64,000 nt of DNA from Aplysia californica (lineage: Eukaryota): the NCBI RefSeq assembly GCF_000002075.1, contig NW_004797271.1, forward strand, positions 5,626,237-5,690,236, read 5' to 3'. The notes under the pieces were generated by a model. It ran no database searches. It worked only from the letters and a program-made list of their open reading frames with translations, and was not told the origin of the DNA. Below, one piece after another: positions 1 through 11,905 of the stretch (positions are counted from its first letter, which is position 1; every line of letters starts with the position of its first letter). A program made the position numbers and the translations under genes.

Positions 1-274
1 CCCGTTGTGCAATTTCTATCTATCTTTTTTGGGGGGTCAACACCCTTGATGTCCATTTGAAAACACTTTCCTGTGTGGATTTTACTGGTTAAAAAAAATT
101 GATTTAAAGTAAAGAAAATGTAACTTTACAATTTCCAAGGATTGTCAAATTTTAAAAGTCACCAAATTTTGGCTGTCATTTTCTTTTTTGGCAAGTGTTT
201 TACGGCTCTCGCAACTGCATTAGGCCATTTATGAGCTCACGGGACACATTAACCATTTTCAGTTGGTAGGACAT

Positions 275-510
275 TTAGACAAAATAATAATTAATGATAA
301 AGCCATCAATAGACGTGTGGCTTCTGCTATGGCCAATGACAGCAATTCTGGCACAGACGAGTGTGCCCGATTTTGAGAATTTAAAGGTTTTCCTGATACG
401 TGGCGTCCTATTATTATTACTCTGACTTGCTGCCCACTGTGACTGCCGCTCTCCGAGTGGGTCTTTCAGGAGATAAGAAGGAAACATTATACAGTAAGTG
501 GATCCACCGT
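275..510 (-). CDS. Candidate second coding exon of the same gene (DGGSTYCIMFPSYLLKDP...); 3' boundary uncertain
   Basis: ttttcag acceptor at 511 in the matching phase 1; open frame to the stop at 275; no clear donor found. Confidence 0.35.
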
Positions 511-754
511 CTGAAAACCGTGGTTTCGGCATTTATTTTTGTGCTATAATCTATCATATAATATACCAAGATACACTACGTGTTTGAATGATATCAGTTT
601 GCGGATGCAGTATCCTATAAGGATTTTTCTAGTCTGATTTGGGAATGATTATAAAACCCACTCAGTTTTTACCGATTGCTCATTTTTAAAGATGCAAGGA
701 AAGACCAAAAAAAAATCAACAAAAAAACCAACAACAACAAACAAACAAACAGAT

Positions 755-955
755 GGGCGTTTGAAGTGTAACGGTCGGGTGCTTGGCTGTCGCACATACA
801 AGGCATGAGTGCGATTCCTTTGGAGGGAGAATTTTTATCGAGTATCTCGATCTTTCTGCTGGGACGTTACATCCCTCTCAGCCCGGGTTGGTCCTGACAG
901 ACATTACAGTAGCCGGCCTCGTAAATGATATCAATTGTGTCAATGAGGGCGAAAA
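755..955 (+). mobile_element. Degenerate tRNA-headed SINE family D (~200 bp); minus-strand copies at ~6960-7160, 10180-10385, 14480-14685, 43910-44100
   Basis: Shared core GGGAGAATTTTTATCGAGTATCTC with decayed A/B boxes. Confidence 0.7.
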
Positions 956-1044
956 ACAACAACAACGACATTATAAAGCTACAACAATTGTTTCAGTCAG
1001 CTGAGAAAACAAGGCTCGAAGCGTGGGATTTGTTGTTGTTTTTT

Positions 1045-1087
<43 letters not shown>

Positions 1088-2040
1088 AAATATTGCGCCG
1101 ACTTATTAGAATTCTAAGTTACAAAACTTTCTAAGTTTGTAAGCCCCCCTCNNNNNNNNNNNNNNNNNNNNNNNNNNNNNNNNNNNNNNNNNNNNNNNNN
1201 NNNNNNNNNNNNNNNNNNNNNNNNNNNNNNNNNNNNNNNNNNNNNNNNNNNNNNNNNNNNNNNNNNNNNNNNNNNNNNNNNNNNNNNNNNNNNNNNNNNN
1301 NNNNNNNNNNNNNNNNNNNNNNNNNNNNNNNNNNNNNNNNNNNNNNNNNNNNNNNNNNNNNNNNNNNNNNNNNNNNNNNNNNNNNNNNNNNNNNNNNNNN
1401 NNNNNNNNNNNNNNNNNNNNNNNNNNNNNNNNNNNNNNNNNNNNNNNNNNNNNNNNNNNNNNNNNNNNNNNNNNNNNNNNNNNNNNNNNNNNNNNNNNNN
1501 NNNNNNNNNNNNNNNNNNNNNNNNNNNNNNNNNNNNNNNNNNNNNNNNNNNNNNNNNNNNNNNNNNNNNNNNNNNNNNNNNNNNNNNNNNNNNNNNNNNN
1601 NNNNNNNNNNNNNNNNNNNNNNNNNNNNNNNNNNNNNNNNNNNNNNNNNNNNNNNNNNNNNNNNNNNNNNNNNNNNNNNNNNNNNNNNNNNNNNNNNNNN
1701 NNNNNNNNNNNNNNNNNNNNNNNNNNNNNNNNNNNNNNNNNNNNNNNNNNNNNNNNNNNNNNNNNNNNNNNNNNNNNNNNNNNNNNNNNNNNNNNNNNNN
1801 NNNNNNNNNNNNNNNNNNNNNNNNNNNNNNNNNNNNNNNNNNNNNNNNNNNNNNNNNNNNNNNNNNNNNNNNNNNNNNNNNNNNNNNNNNNNNNNNNNNN
1901 NNNNNNNNNNNNNNNNNNNNNNNNNNNNNNNNNNNNNNNNNNNNNNNNNNNNNNNNNNNNNNNNNNNNNNNNNNNNNNNNNNNNNNNNNNNNNNNNNNNN
2001 NNNNNNNNNNNNNNNNNNNNNNNNNNNNNNNNNNNNNNNN

Positions 2041-2662
2041 AGAAGAAGAAGAAGAAGAAGAAGAAGAAGAAGAAGAAGAAATGACATGTATTTAGCCCTC
2101 AGCCCCGATTAAAGTACACAGGCTCTGAGCGCTTTACAATACAGTACAACGTACAACGGACAACATTAACTTAAAACGTTGTGTTCTGACTAAAGAAAAT
2201 TATTCCAAATATCCATCTTATTAATTTAAAAACAGAAACGACTTCAGCTGACATTTGAATGAATCAGAAGATTTGATCTCTCTTAAAGTACTTGGTAAAC
2301 CATTCCAGATCTTGGGGCCTTGGTATTCAAATGCCCTTTCACCCATTGTTTTAAGTTTCATAGATGGTAAAATAATTTTCTTTTTGTCAGCTGATTACCT
2401 TAAACTGCGAGTTGGAATGTACAGTCTTAACAGATTTGAGAAATATGATGGTGCATTATAATTCAAACATTTGTGACATAGGGTGGCCAACTTGTACACT
2501 ATCCTTTTCTCAACAGGAAGCCAATGTAAAGTTAGTAAAAGAGGTTTAGCAGTCTCGCTTTCTTTTCCGTAAACTAAACGTGCAGCCTTGTTTTGGACAG
2601 TTTGAAGTCTTTTAACTTTCTCCAGTGATATCCCTGATAACAAGGAGTTACAATAGTTACTC
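2041..2662 (-). mobile_element. L2/CR1-group LINE 3' fragment
   Basis: YCNSLLSG...RLQTVQNKAARLV...LHWLPVEKRIVYKLATL...APSY...PTRSLR, followed by a (TTC)n tail. Confidence 0.88.
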
Positions 2663-2739
2663 TATTGGTCATATTACTACTTCTCATAACATCCCCACCT
2701 GCTAGTCTATCTTTTGTCCAGTTCTTGGTGGTCACTCAC

Positions 2740-2812
2740 CTAAGCAGAAAAAGGCAATGACCGCCACAGCCAAACCACAGAGCGACTGAGGCCTGGTGGG
2801 GGTGGGGGACAT
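2740..2812 (-). CDS. First coding exon of an unidentified gene; signal-peptide-like MSPTPTRPQSLCGLAVAVIAFFCL (exon 2740-2870)
   Basis: Acceptor ctttttgcag at 2871, ATG at 2812, hydrophobic core, strong donor TAG|gtgagt, phase 1. Confidence 0.55.
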
Positions 2813-2935
2813 TTCACGGTCACTGCAGTACCCGTCTCAATCACATCGGCGTCAATGTCATTAGAGTGGTCTGCAAAAAGTTTGAGAGTGGGATATCGGG
2901 AAAAAGGGAAAGTGGACATGTCATTATTGTATTGT

Positions 2936-3200
2936 AGCAGAAGCAGGAGAGACAACAACGTTGACGACCTCTACAACAACAACCACAGCAGCAACAACGA
3001 GTCCTCGACGACTACTGCAACAAGAACAGCAGCTACAACAACAACGACGACTACGACAAGAACAGCAACAGTAGCAACAACAGCGACGTCGTCGACGACG
3101 ACAACAACAACAACAGCAACAACGTCGATGACTACAGCAGCAGCAGCAATAACAAGAATGACGACGACCACTACAACAACAACAGCTACAACTCAACAAC
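2936..3200. repeat. Compound trinucleotide microsatellite (ACA/ACG/AGC)
   Basis: Directly visible. Confidence 0.9.
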
Positions 3201-3414
3201 AAATATTTTTAAAAAAATGAAATACAGTTGAACCTTACCAAGAGCGCCACCCGTTGTCCAGGAGAAAAGTGGTTGTCTCACTTATACACAGGTGAACGCC
3301 TTGGGCAGTGCATTTAAAAAACAAAAACGAGGGGAAAGTGGGAAGTGGTTGGTTGTAGAGATGATTGCCTGGGACAGGCTAGTGTTTGACAGCGCTCGCA
3401 ACTGCATAAGGTCT

Positions 3415-3742
3415 TTTGTTTTTTTTGTTTTTGTAAAGTGTTTTACGGCGCTCGCAACTGCATAGGTCATATGAGCACGCGGGACACACCTACTATTTTC
3501 AGTCGGTAGGAAATTTTTATTTTTGCCTGGGTGGCGGCCGAAGCCTACTCTTATCGATTTTAGACCACCAAGGGATCTTTAACGTGCGCAACTTGCACAC
3601 GGGCCCTCCGAAATTTTTCGCCCTAGTCCGAGAAGGCTAGGACCGTGTAGATCTTTCCTACCAGAAGACCAGGGGTGTGGCTGAAAGACAGCAGTAAGAA
3701 GGAGCGAAGGAGTAACAGTAGCTGCAGAAAGAATCAGGAGCC
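3415..3742 (-). mobile_element. 5'-truncated copy of the same SINE, 10-bp TSD CATAAGGTCT
   Basis: Matches 60883-61215; TSD 3405-3414 / 3743-3752. Confidence 0.88.
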
Positions 3743-5166
3743 TCATAAGGTCTATTATGAGCGCGAGGGACACATCAAGCATTTTCAGTTTGTGTATTTA
3801 TTTATTCGTGTGTTTATGTATTTATGTGCCCCACTTTGAAACAAATGTCCCAAAGGGAATCGATCAAGAGGAATTTTTTTTAAAAAAGATTTTATTTCGT
3901 AGATATGCGCGCGCTCATATGACCTTATGCAGTTGCGAGCGCCGTAAAACCCCATACTAAACTAAAAGTAGATATGCAGTCGAAATTGTCCAAGATGGTC
4001 AGCCATTGTCATGGAAAAGAGTGGTTGCGTAGCCTGATGGACGTCTTGGACAGTNNNNNNNNNNNNNNNNNNNNNNNNNNNNNNNNNNNNNNNNNNNNNN
4101 NNNNNNNNNNNNNNNNNNNNNNNNNNNNNNNNNNNNNNNNNNNNNNNNNNNNNNNNNNNNNNNNNNNNNNNNNNNNNNNNNNNNNNNNNNNNNNNNNNNN
4201 NNNNNNNNNNNNNNNNNNNNNNNNNNNNNNNNNNNNNNNNNNNNNNNNNNNNNNNNNNNNNNNNNNNNNNNNNNNNNNNNNNNNNNNNNNNNNNNNNNNN
4301 NNNNNNNNNNNNNNNNNNACAAACATACAGGCACACACATACACAGACGCACGCATGCACTCACGCACACACACACATACACGCACACACACACTCACAC
4401 ACACACACGCACTCAGACACACAAACACACAGAGNNNNNNNNNNNNNNNNNNNNNNNNNNNNNNNNNNNNNNNNNNNNNNNNNNNNNNNNNNNNNNNNNN
4501 NNNNNNNNNNNNNNNNNNNNNNNNNNNNNNNNNNNNNNNNNNNNNNNNNNNNNNNNNNNNNNNNNNNNNNNNNNNNNNNNNNNNNNNNNNNNNNNNNNNN
4601 NNNNNNNNNNNNNNNNNNNNNNNNNNNNNNNNNNNNNNNGATTGTCTTGGACAAGTGGCTGTTTTAGAGCAGGTTCGAATGTGTTCGCAAGATGCGGTGA
4701 CCGCCGCAAGACTGTAGTCCGTTAATTATACAGGACTGTTGTGGCGGTCGAAAGCAATACACGATGATTTAAGTATTCTACGCCAAAGGCAATAATATAG
4801 ACTTAAAAAGCGGATAGTTTGCTGTTGAGCAGGGATAAGGCTATACAAATGCGGTTCATTCATTCATTCATTCATTCATTCATTCATTCGTTGACGTGTT
4901 GATTCGTTGACTTCTTTCTTTCTCTCTTTCCTTCTTTCTTTCTCTAGGCTGCCGTGATAAAGGCAAGTAGATCTAGGCAGTTCGTTTATTAAACAAATTA
5001 TCTTAGCTGACAAATTAAGCGAGGCAGAGAATAAAATCACAGACTTAATACTAATGGCATTATTATAATAACAAAAACCACTTTTCTCTTAAAAGAGAAA
5101 TTACACTGTACAAAAGCAGAAACAATCAAGAAAATTATTATTAAGAGTGGGAAAAAAACAACTCAC

Positions 5167-5650
5167 CAAACGTTTGAAGTATTCATTCACACACAAAAAA
5201 TGAACAGGTCAACTTAAGTTCCCATTGATCGGCCGTCGACGTCAACTGACCATAATAATTAATTGGTGTCATGGTCCGGAAAGACACGTCATAATCCTCT
5301 CGATAATCCCTGTAAGAAATCTGCGACTTCTCCACTTGTAGGCTTCAGAATTATAGCAGTGTGCTTACAGTACACGGCACACGGAGAGGGAGAGAGAGAG
5401 AGAGAGAGAGAGAGGGGTAGAGAGAGAGAGAGAAATGAACAGAATGTGTGTGTATGGGGGGAGGGGGAGGGGGTGGGGAGAGAGGGATGTCTGAAAATGT
5501 CAACGTGCAATTTTGTGCAATGGCAGCCAAATGAAGCAATACAAAACTTGCCAAATCAAAGGATTTCCGCTCCGGTGCTTCCCTGTCTTAATCAATCCGG
5601 AAAGATACGACCTTAATCAAGATTTACGTCGCTTTTGGCCATCAATTTAG
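5167..5650 (-). promoter_or_regulatory. Candidate promoter / 5'UTR first exon of the signal-peptide gene
   Basis: Donor TG|gtgagt at 5166; local CpG enrichment, CRE-like GACGTCA, CCGGAA motifs, (GA)n tract. Confidence 0.3.
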
Positions 5651-7419
5651 ACCCCTATAAAGTTGTGGCACAATTAAAATTTGGCTCATTCCTCATTGCT
5701 CACTTATTTTTCTGCTTCACGTTCCTTGATAGAAGATTGAAAATCCGCTTCTATCTTGTCAAAGGTGTGCAAGAAAGGTTTGAATGCTTTGTTGAAAGAG
5801 ATTTTAGAAGCCAAGGGGNNNNNNNNNNNNNNNNNNNNNNNNNNNNNNNNNNNNNNNNNNNNNNNNNNNNNNNNNNNNNNNNNNNNNNNNNNNNNNNNNN
5901 NNNNNNNNNNNNNNNNNNNNNNNNNNNNNNNNNNNNNNNNNNNNNNNNNNNNNNNNNNNNNNNNNNNNNNNNNNNNNNNNNNNNNNNNNNNNNNNNNNNN
6001 NNNNNNNNNNNNNNNNNNNNNNNNNNNNNNNNNNNNNNNNNNNNNNNNNNNNNNNNNNNNNNNNNNNNNNNNNNNNNNNNNNNNNNNNNNNNNNNNNNNN
6101 NNNNNNNNNNNNNNNNNNNNNNNNNNNNNNNNNNNNNNNNNNNNNNNNNNNNNNNNNNNNNNNNNNNNNNNNNNNNNNNNNNNNNNNNNNNNNNNNNNNN
6201 NNNNNNNNNNNNNNNNNNNNNNNNNNNNNNNNNNNNNNNNNNNNNNNNNNNNNNNNNNNNNNNNNNNNNNNNNNNNNNNNNNNNNNNNNNNNNNNNNNNN
6301 NNNNNNNNNNNNNNNNNNNNNNNNNNNNNNNNNNNNNNNNNNNNNNNNNNNNNNNNNNNNNNNNNNNNNNNNNNNNNNNNNNNNNNNNNNNNNNNNNNNN
6401 NNNNNNNNNNNNNNNNNNNNNNNNNNNNNNNNNNNNNNNNNNNNNNNNNNNNNNNNNNNNNNNNNNNNNNNNNNNNNNNNNNNNNNNNNNNNNNNNNNNN
6501 NNNNNNNNNCTTTTATACACATTTCTCTATAACCTTACAGGAGCATTTTTGCTGTTTATGGTACACATTTGGAGTTTTAGGCCTGTTTTATTTTACAAAA
6601 TCTTAAAACATTGGAGACCTGAATGTGGTGCATAGCAAGGACTGTAAGGCTCACAAGTCAGTACAGAACATTCAAATTTGGCTCTGTAAGGTTGTTCTAC
6701 CTACCAACAGTAATCGCCATGCCAAATATGTCACCCCCTTTGATGCAGAAAAGCAAGCATTAGACCAAAAACTACAGCATTTGGGTGTTGACCATAGCTA
6801 CACCCCCTTAATGCAATATTACTATTTCTCTCCCCTAGATCGAGTGACTCGTTGACGTGCTTGGTGAGAACTTACGAGTAACATCGAATATCGACAGCTT
6901 TGATGAAGAGTTGGTGGTGGTCACCTTGGCCTTGGGTGAGAATTTTCTTTTTAATGTAGGTGCTTTTTACGCTCCCATCAACGCGATTTAGATCATTTTT
7001 AAGAAGCAGGCTTCGATCCTGGATGTCTGAGCCATCTCAGGTAGAGAGGGACACAATTTACCAGCAGAAAGCTTGAGATTCTCGATAAAAATTCTTCCCA
7101 AACGGGAATCAAACTCAGGTCTTCTGCATGCGTTGCACCTAATACTTTCTACACCCTGCGAGTCAGATTCGTCATAGTCGGGGCCAGACAGATTTTTCTT
7201 CGTGAGTGGGGAAAAAGCTTCCAATAGGCACAATATGACCGATTCGACTTACGACCTTGAATAACAGTAGACGCGTTTGGTTTTGAAGGTCAGTGTCGAG
7301 TCTTGTTGAATTTGGTCATCCGGATTACCGGCAAATGGTTGAGTTAACCACATCCGTGAAGGGACGTTTGGCTGGCCCTGACTCAGCAAAAATCAATGAA
7401 GCGAATTTAAAAAAAATTA

Positions 7420-7790
7420 TTATAGTAGAGGGTTTTACGGCATTCGCAACTGCATACATAAGGTCATAATAATATGAGCGCCAAGGGGTGGGGGTCAACA
7501 GAGAAGTCTTTACAGGGAATCAGACTTACTCTGCTCACCTTTCTAGCTTCAACAGCACAAGGTCTGCTTCGACTATCAAGGCACCAAGGAAATAGTAGGT
7601 CACTAGAGTGACAAACATACAAAAGAAGAAGAAGAAAAATGACAATAGTAAGGATTAGGGAAGAAAAAGCAGCAGTTCCCTGTTGTAGATCAGGCACAGT
7701 TATGAGCGTGACATGAATCAGCCCATTTACAATTCTACTGTGCTTGAACGAGAAATGCTCCCCCCCCCCCCTTTGGGAATGGCCTAAAGA
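7420..7790 (-). mobile_element. Non-autonomous retroelement family C copy
   Basis: Aligns by eye to 36160-36520. Confidence 0.8.
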
Positions 7791-9727
7791 CGAAGCAGAT
7801 TTGCCGTGGGCACTGGGCATTACCACAACATCACACGGACGTCGGTGCCGGGGCGGGTTTCACTAACCTTGGTTGGAGAAGCAGTTTCAAAACAAACCAA
7901 ACCAAACAAAACAAAACAACAACAACAGCAGCAACAACAACAACAACAACAGAACAGGGCACAGTCTTATCGAGGTTATCGGCATGGTGGGTGTGCAGGC
8001 GAAATTTGTTGTAACTTGTTTCAGAGGCGCTAACTAGCTAAGAAAAAAAAAAAGTCCTGCTGAACTTTTCCGGTCTCGAGGAAATGCACGAGCGAGGACT
8101 CAGAATTTACAGGTCATAATATAAATGTTGTCCAATGCATCTTGTGTAAAGATCATTTTTATTTTAACTGTAATATACACTCACTAAGACTTTACTACGA
8201 GATTAAAATACTGTCGGAAAAAATCCTGACAATTTCAGACTTTCGGATTACCGGATTTATCCAGAAAATAGACAGCTCTGATTGTTTGTTTTTTCGATTA
8301 TTCGATTATTCTGAGTAAGCCTACGTCGCAAATGTAAAATATAAGCGTTGGATATAAATGGGTCATTTCCGAAATGTTCTTAATAAAAAAAAATATTTTA
8401 AAAAACTCCATACATGTATTTTACCTCTTTGTCATACAAGGTCGGATACATCATCCCAATAAATGGTGTAATAATTCAAAGAATACAAATGCATAAAACA
8501 TCGACGTGAAATTTGAGCTGAAGCAGTCTTTCGGAGTATCAATAACTCATTGACATATATGTGTCCTGGTCATTCGACAATTCTTAACTTGTTTGTTTGA
8601 GTGAGTAAAGAGAAGCACATCGACATAATAATGGTCATTTAGTGCTGGAAAAATAATAAAACAAGCAGGCAGAAACAACATGGGGAAAGTAAAAAAAAAA
8701 GTAGGACCTACCCGTGGCGCCCTCCAACCACCCGCACGCTTAACTTAAAGACTTCGTCGTTCATATATGGATTTTAAAATTCTGTCTTCTTTTTTTTTCT
8801 CTCTGAAACTTAAAAGACAGATCAACAGCATGCATACTTAAATACTATGAAGCATACACATTTGTCTTTTGTTTTTGTATTTTGTTTGTTTGTTTGTTTG
8901 ATTGATTGGTTGATGGTCGGTTAGTTGGCTGGTTGGTGGTTGGTTGATTGGTCCTTCGGCATGAACCACAACATGGCCTTTGTTATACTGCTGCTCTGAC
9001 ATACGTGTCCACCCCGTCCTTTATAAAGAGTTCAACAGTTTTTGTCCTCTCCTCTCCTGTAATAAAGGCTTCGTGGGAGATGACCCAGCCACTGCTCGAC
9101 ACCATCGATATTATATCTATTCTGTGTTCCTCACTAACAGAAAGCTAGCCAGGCGCCGCCTTATCGAAGATTTCTGGGTTTGCGGAACTTTGCTTTTAAG
9201 AGACGCTACAACTCCCCCCCCCNNNNNNNNNNNNNNNNNNNNNNNNNNNNNNNNNNNNNNNNNNNNNNNNNNNNNNNNNNNNNNNNNNNNNNNNNNNNNN
9301 NNNNNNNNNNNNNNNNNNNNNNNNNNNNNNNNNNNNNNNNNNNNNNNNNNNNNNNNNNNNTTCGCCACGAGTGGCAGTGGGTCTTAGAATATTTGATTTG
9401 CCCATTGCAGAAATGTGGGTTTTTATAGAACAATGCTTCGAGTCAAGTAGACAGATGATAAATAAATAATGAAAGGGTCCTCAAAGAAACTGATACACAT
9501 CGGAAGAACAAAATATTTGCACAAATGGCACCTTTTTAAGAGAAACATCTCTGAAGACACGAGTGTCACCATTTGTGCTATCACGAATAAAGTATGTATT
9601 CCAACTCACTCTTCATAGTCATAGACATAGCAACAGAACTAATGAATCGACAGCAAAGAATCCAGAACCAAGCTGTGAGAGTTCTCAAAAGGCCGTGAAA
9701 AGAACACACAACACCCTTGCTTTTACA

Positions 9728-9875
9728 GCTACATTGGCTCCCTGTTAAAACTTAAAGCCTGTATTTATTACAAAGTTGCAGTACTGTGCTGCAAGTGTTT
9801 AAAAGATCTGGCACCACAAAATCTTTCTAATTTACTACAGGAGTATAAACCATCACGAAATTTACGGTCCATTAA
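9728..9875 (+). mobile_element. L2-type LINE fragment
   Basis: LHWLPVK / YKVAVLCCKCLKDLAPQNLSNLLQEYKPSRNLRS. Confidence 0.7.
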
Positions 9876-9954
9876 TAAAAAACAAGTTAACACTGTGCCT
9901 TGCAATTTATTGAAATGTATTTATATATTTATTTATTTAAGTTAATTTAATTTA

Positions 9955-9985
<31 letters not shown>

Positions 9986-10449
9986 AAACTGGAGGTAGGG
10001 CTTTTTCGACACCTGCTCTGTGTCTCTTAAATAAACTAACAGTGTTGATAGGGCCGTAAATCCACACACTTCACTTGCAATAAAGATCTACGCCAGCACA
10101 GGGACTTGTTTTGCTTTCATACGCGCTCAACAAAGAACACTGTTTATTTTGGTTTTTTAGTATAGGTGTCTTTTTAAGCCCCAATCAACAACAAAATTTA
10201 AATAACTTATAATATAAGGCGAGCGATGACGCTGCCTTTTAGGGCCAATCCTGGATGAGAGAGATACAACAGATCTCATCATAAAGGTCGAGATACTTGA
10301 TAAAACTTCTCACAACACGGGAATTGAACTTGGGTCTTATACAGGTGACGGCGAAGCGCTAAACCGTTACAGCACAGTACCCAGTGCAAGTCATTAAAGT
10401 GATAATACAATGTAACCCAGAAAAAAAAGATACAAGAGAATGACTAGCT

Positions 10450-11335
10450 TAATTTTAGTCTTAGTAAGAGGGTTTTTTGTTTTGTTTTGTTTTAGTTTCA
10501 CGGCACTTGCAACACAATAAGGTCATATAAGTGCAGAAGATTAGAGGTGTTACAAGAGAGTAACAAACACAAAAAAGGAGTGATTAGGACGACAGATGTT
10601 TGATAGGAAAGAGGGAGCAGACCACACCAGAGCACCCGCCAACCATCCACAATAAGAGTTTTACGACGGCACTTCCAACATAAATAGGTGATGTAAGTGC
10701 CGAAGTAGGTTTTAAAAAAATTTTTAATAAAGATTTTACGGCGCTCACTGCCTAAGGTCATATGAGCGCCAAGGGGTGGATGTCAACAGAGAAGTCCTTT
10801 CTAATAGAGGGAATCAGACTTACTTTGCTCACCTCTCAAGCTTCAACAGCAGAAAGTCTGCTTCGACTTTCAACACACAAGCAGGTCCGGTAAGTGTGGA
10901 AGATTAAGTGTTACAAGACAGCAGCATTCGAAGAGGAGAAGGAGAGAGATAAGGACGTGAGATATTTGAGTGGAAAGGAGCAGACCACACCAGAGCAACC
11001 GCCAGTCACCCACTAGCACATTTCACGGTACTTGCAACACAATAAGTCATATAAGTGCTGAAGATTAGAAGTGATATAAGAAAGAGACAAGCATTCAAAG
11101 AAGAGGAAGAGAAGGAAGAGAAATAAAGACGATAGACATTTGTTCGGAAAGGAGCAAACCACACCAGAGCCCCCGCCAACCACTCACTAGTTAGTCACAC
11201 CGCACTTGCAAAACAAATAGTTGAAAAACACCATATAAGTGCTGAAGACTGGATGTGTTATTAAAGAGTAACATACAGAAACGGAACAGAAGGAAGGGCG
11301 ATAGATGTTTGATAGGAAAGAAGGAGCAAGAGTAA
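10450..11335 (-). mobile_element. Head-to-tail cluster of ~160-bp retroelement family B copies with a family C fragment
   Basis: Repeated GTGG.TGGTTGGCGGGTGCTCTGGTGTGGT...CACTTATATGAC...GTGTTGCAAGTGCCG units; solo copies at 12770, 31170, 53590, 55970, 56640. Confidence 0.8.
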
Positions 11336-11729
11336 AGAAACAGTGTTTCACATCCTTTCATGGTTGAGAAGAGAGCACAATCCACATAATAGTGGCCACA
11401 TTTTGCACTGGAAAAGAGAATTTTTTAAAAACCCTATCCGTACGTCGTGTGTAACTATTGTATCCATACCACGTGGGGAACTCTGTCCCACCACTTTCCA
11501 AAGAGGAAATTTACTCGTTAATCCGATCCGTATGCTGTGCATAGCCGTCTGTCAACATTATTTTTTGAGAAATACTGAAAGTTTCAAAGAGATCTTCGCA
11601 CAAGAAGTATTCTAAAATGGGAAGAATACAACCCCAGGGGTACAAAACAACCCCAGGGTGTGTGGATAGGGTTAAATGAGTAAAGAAGTAGGACCATAGT
11701 GGTGTCCTCCAATCACCCGCGTCGTTCTT

Positions 11730-11905
11730 TAAACTTACTTTACTTTTTTCTTCCGCTTGTACCAGGGGGTGTCGCGGGGAGACACAGGCGTCTGTCTGCA
11801 GCAAGGCGAGTGGCCTGTAGGAGGGACATCCCGTGAGCTCTGAGGGTGTCTGCCACAGATTCACTCCATCGTCGCCTTGGTCTTCCTCTGGCTCTCCATC
11901 CAGAA
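11730..11905 (-). mobile_element. RTE-clade LINE 3' end
   Basis: GWRARGRPRRRWSESVADTL...ATRLAADR...* then short TAAG tail repeats. Confidence 0.65.

Noticed and set aside
2855-3220. Thr-, Cys- or Val-rich ORFs
   Set aside because: Translations of a trinucleotide microsatellite
10450-11335. CRISPR-like or telomeric array
   Set aside because: Units are whole retroelement copies with no unique spacers; the TTTTAG tails are not TTAGGG
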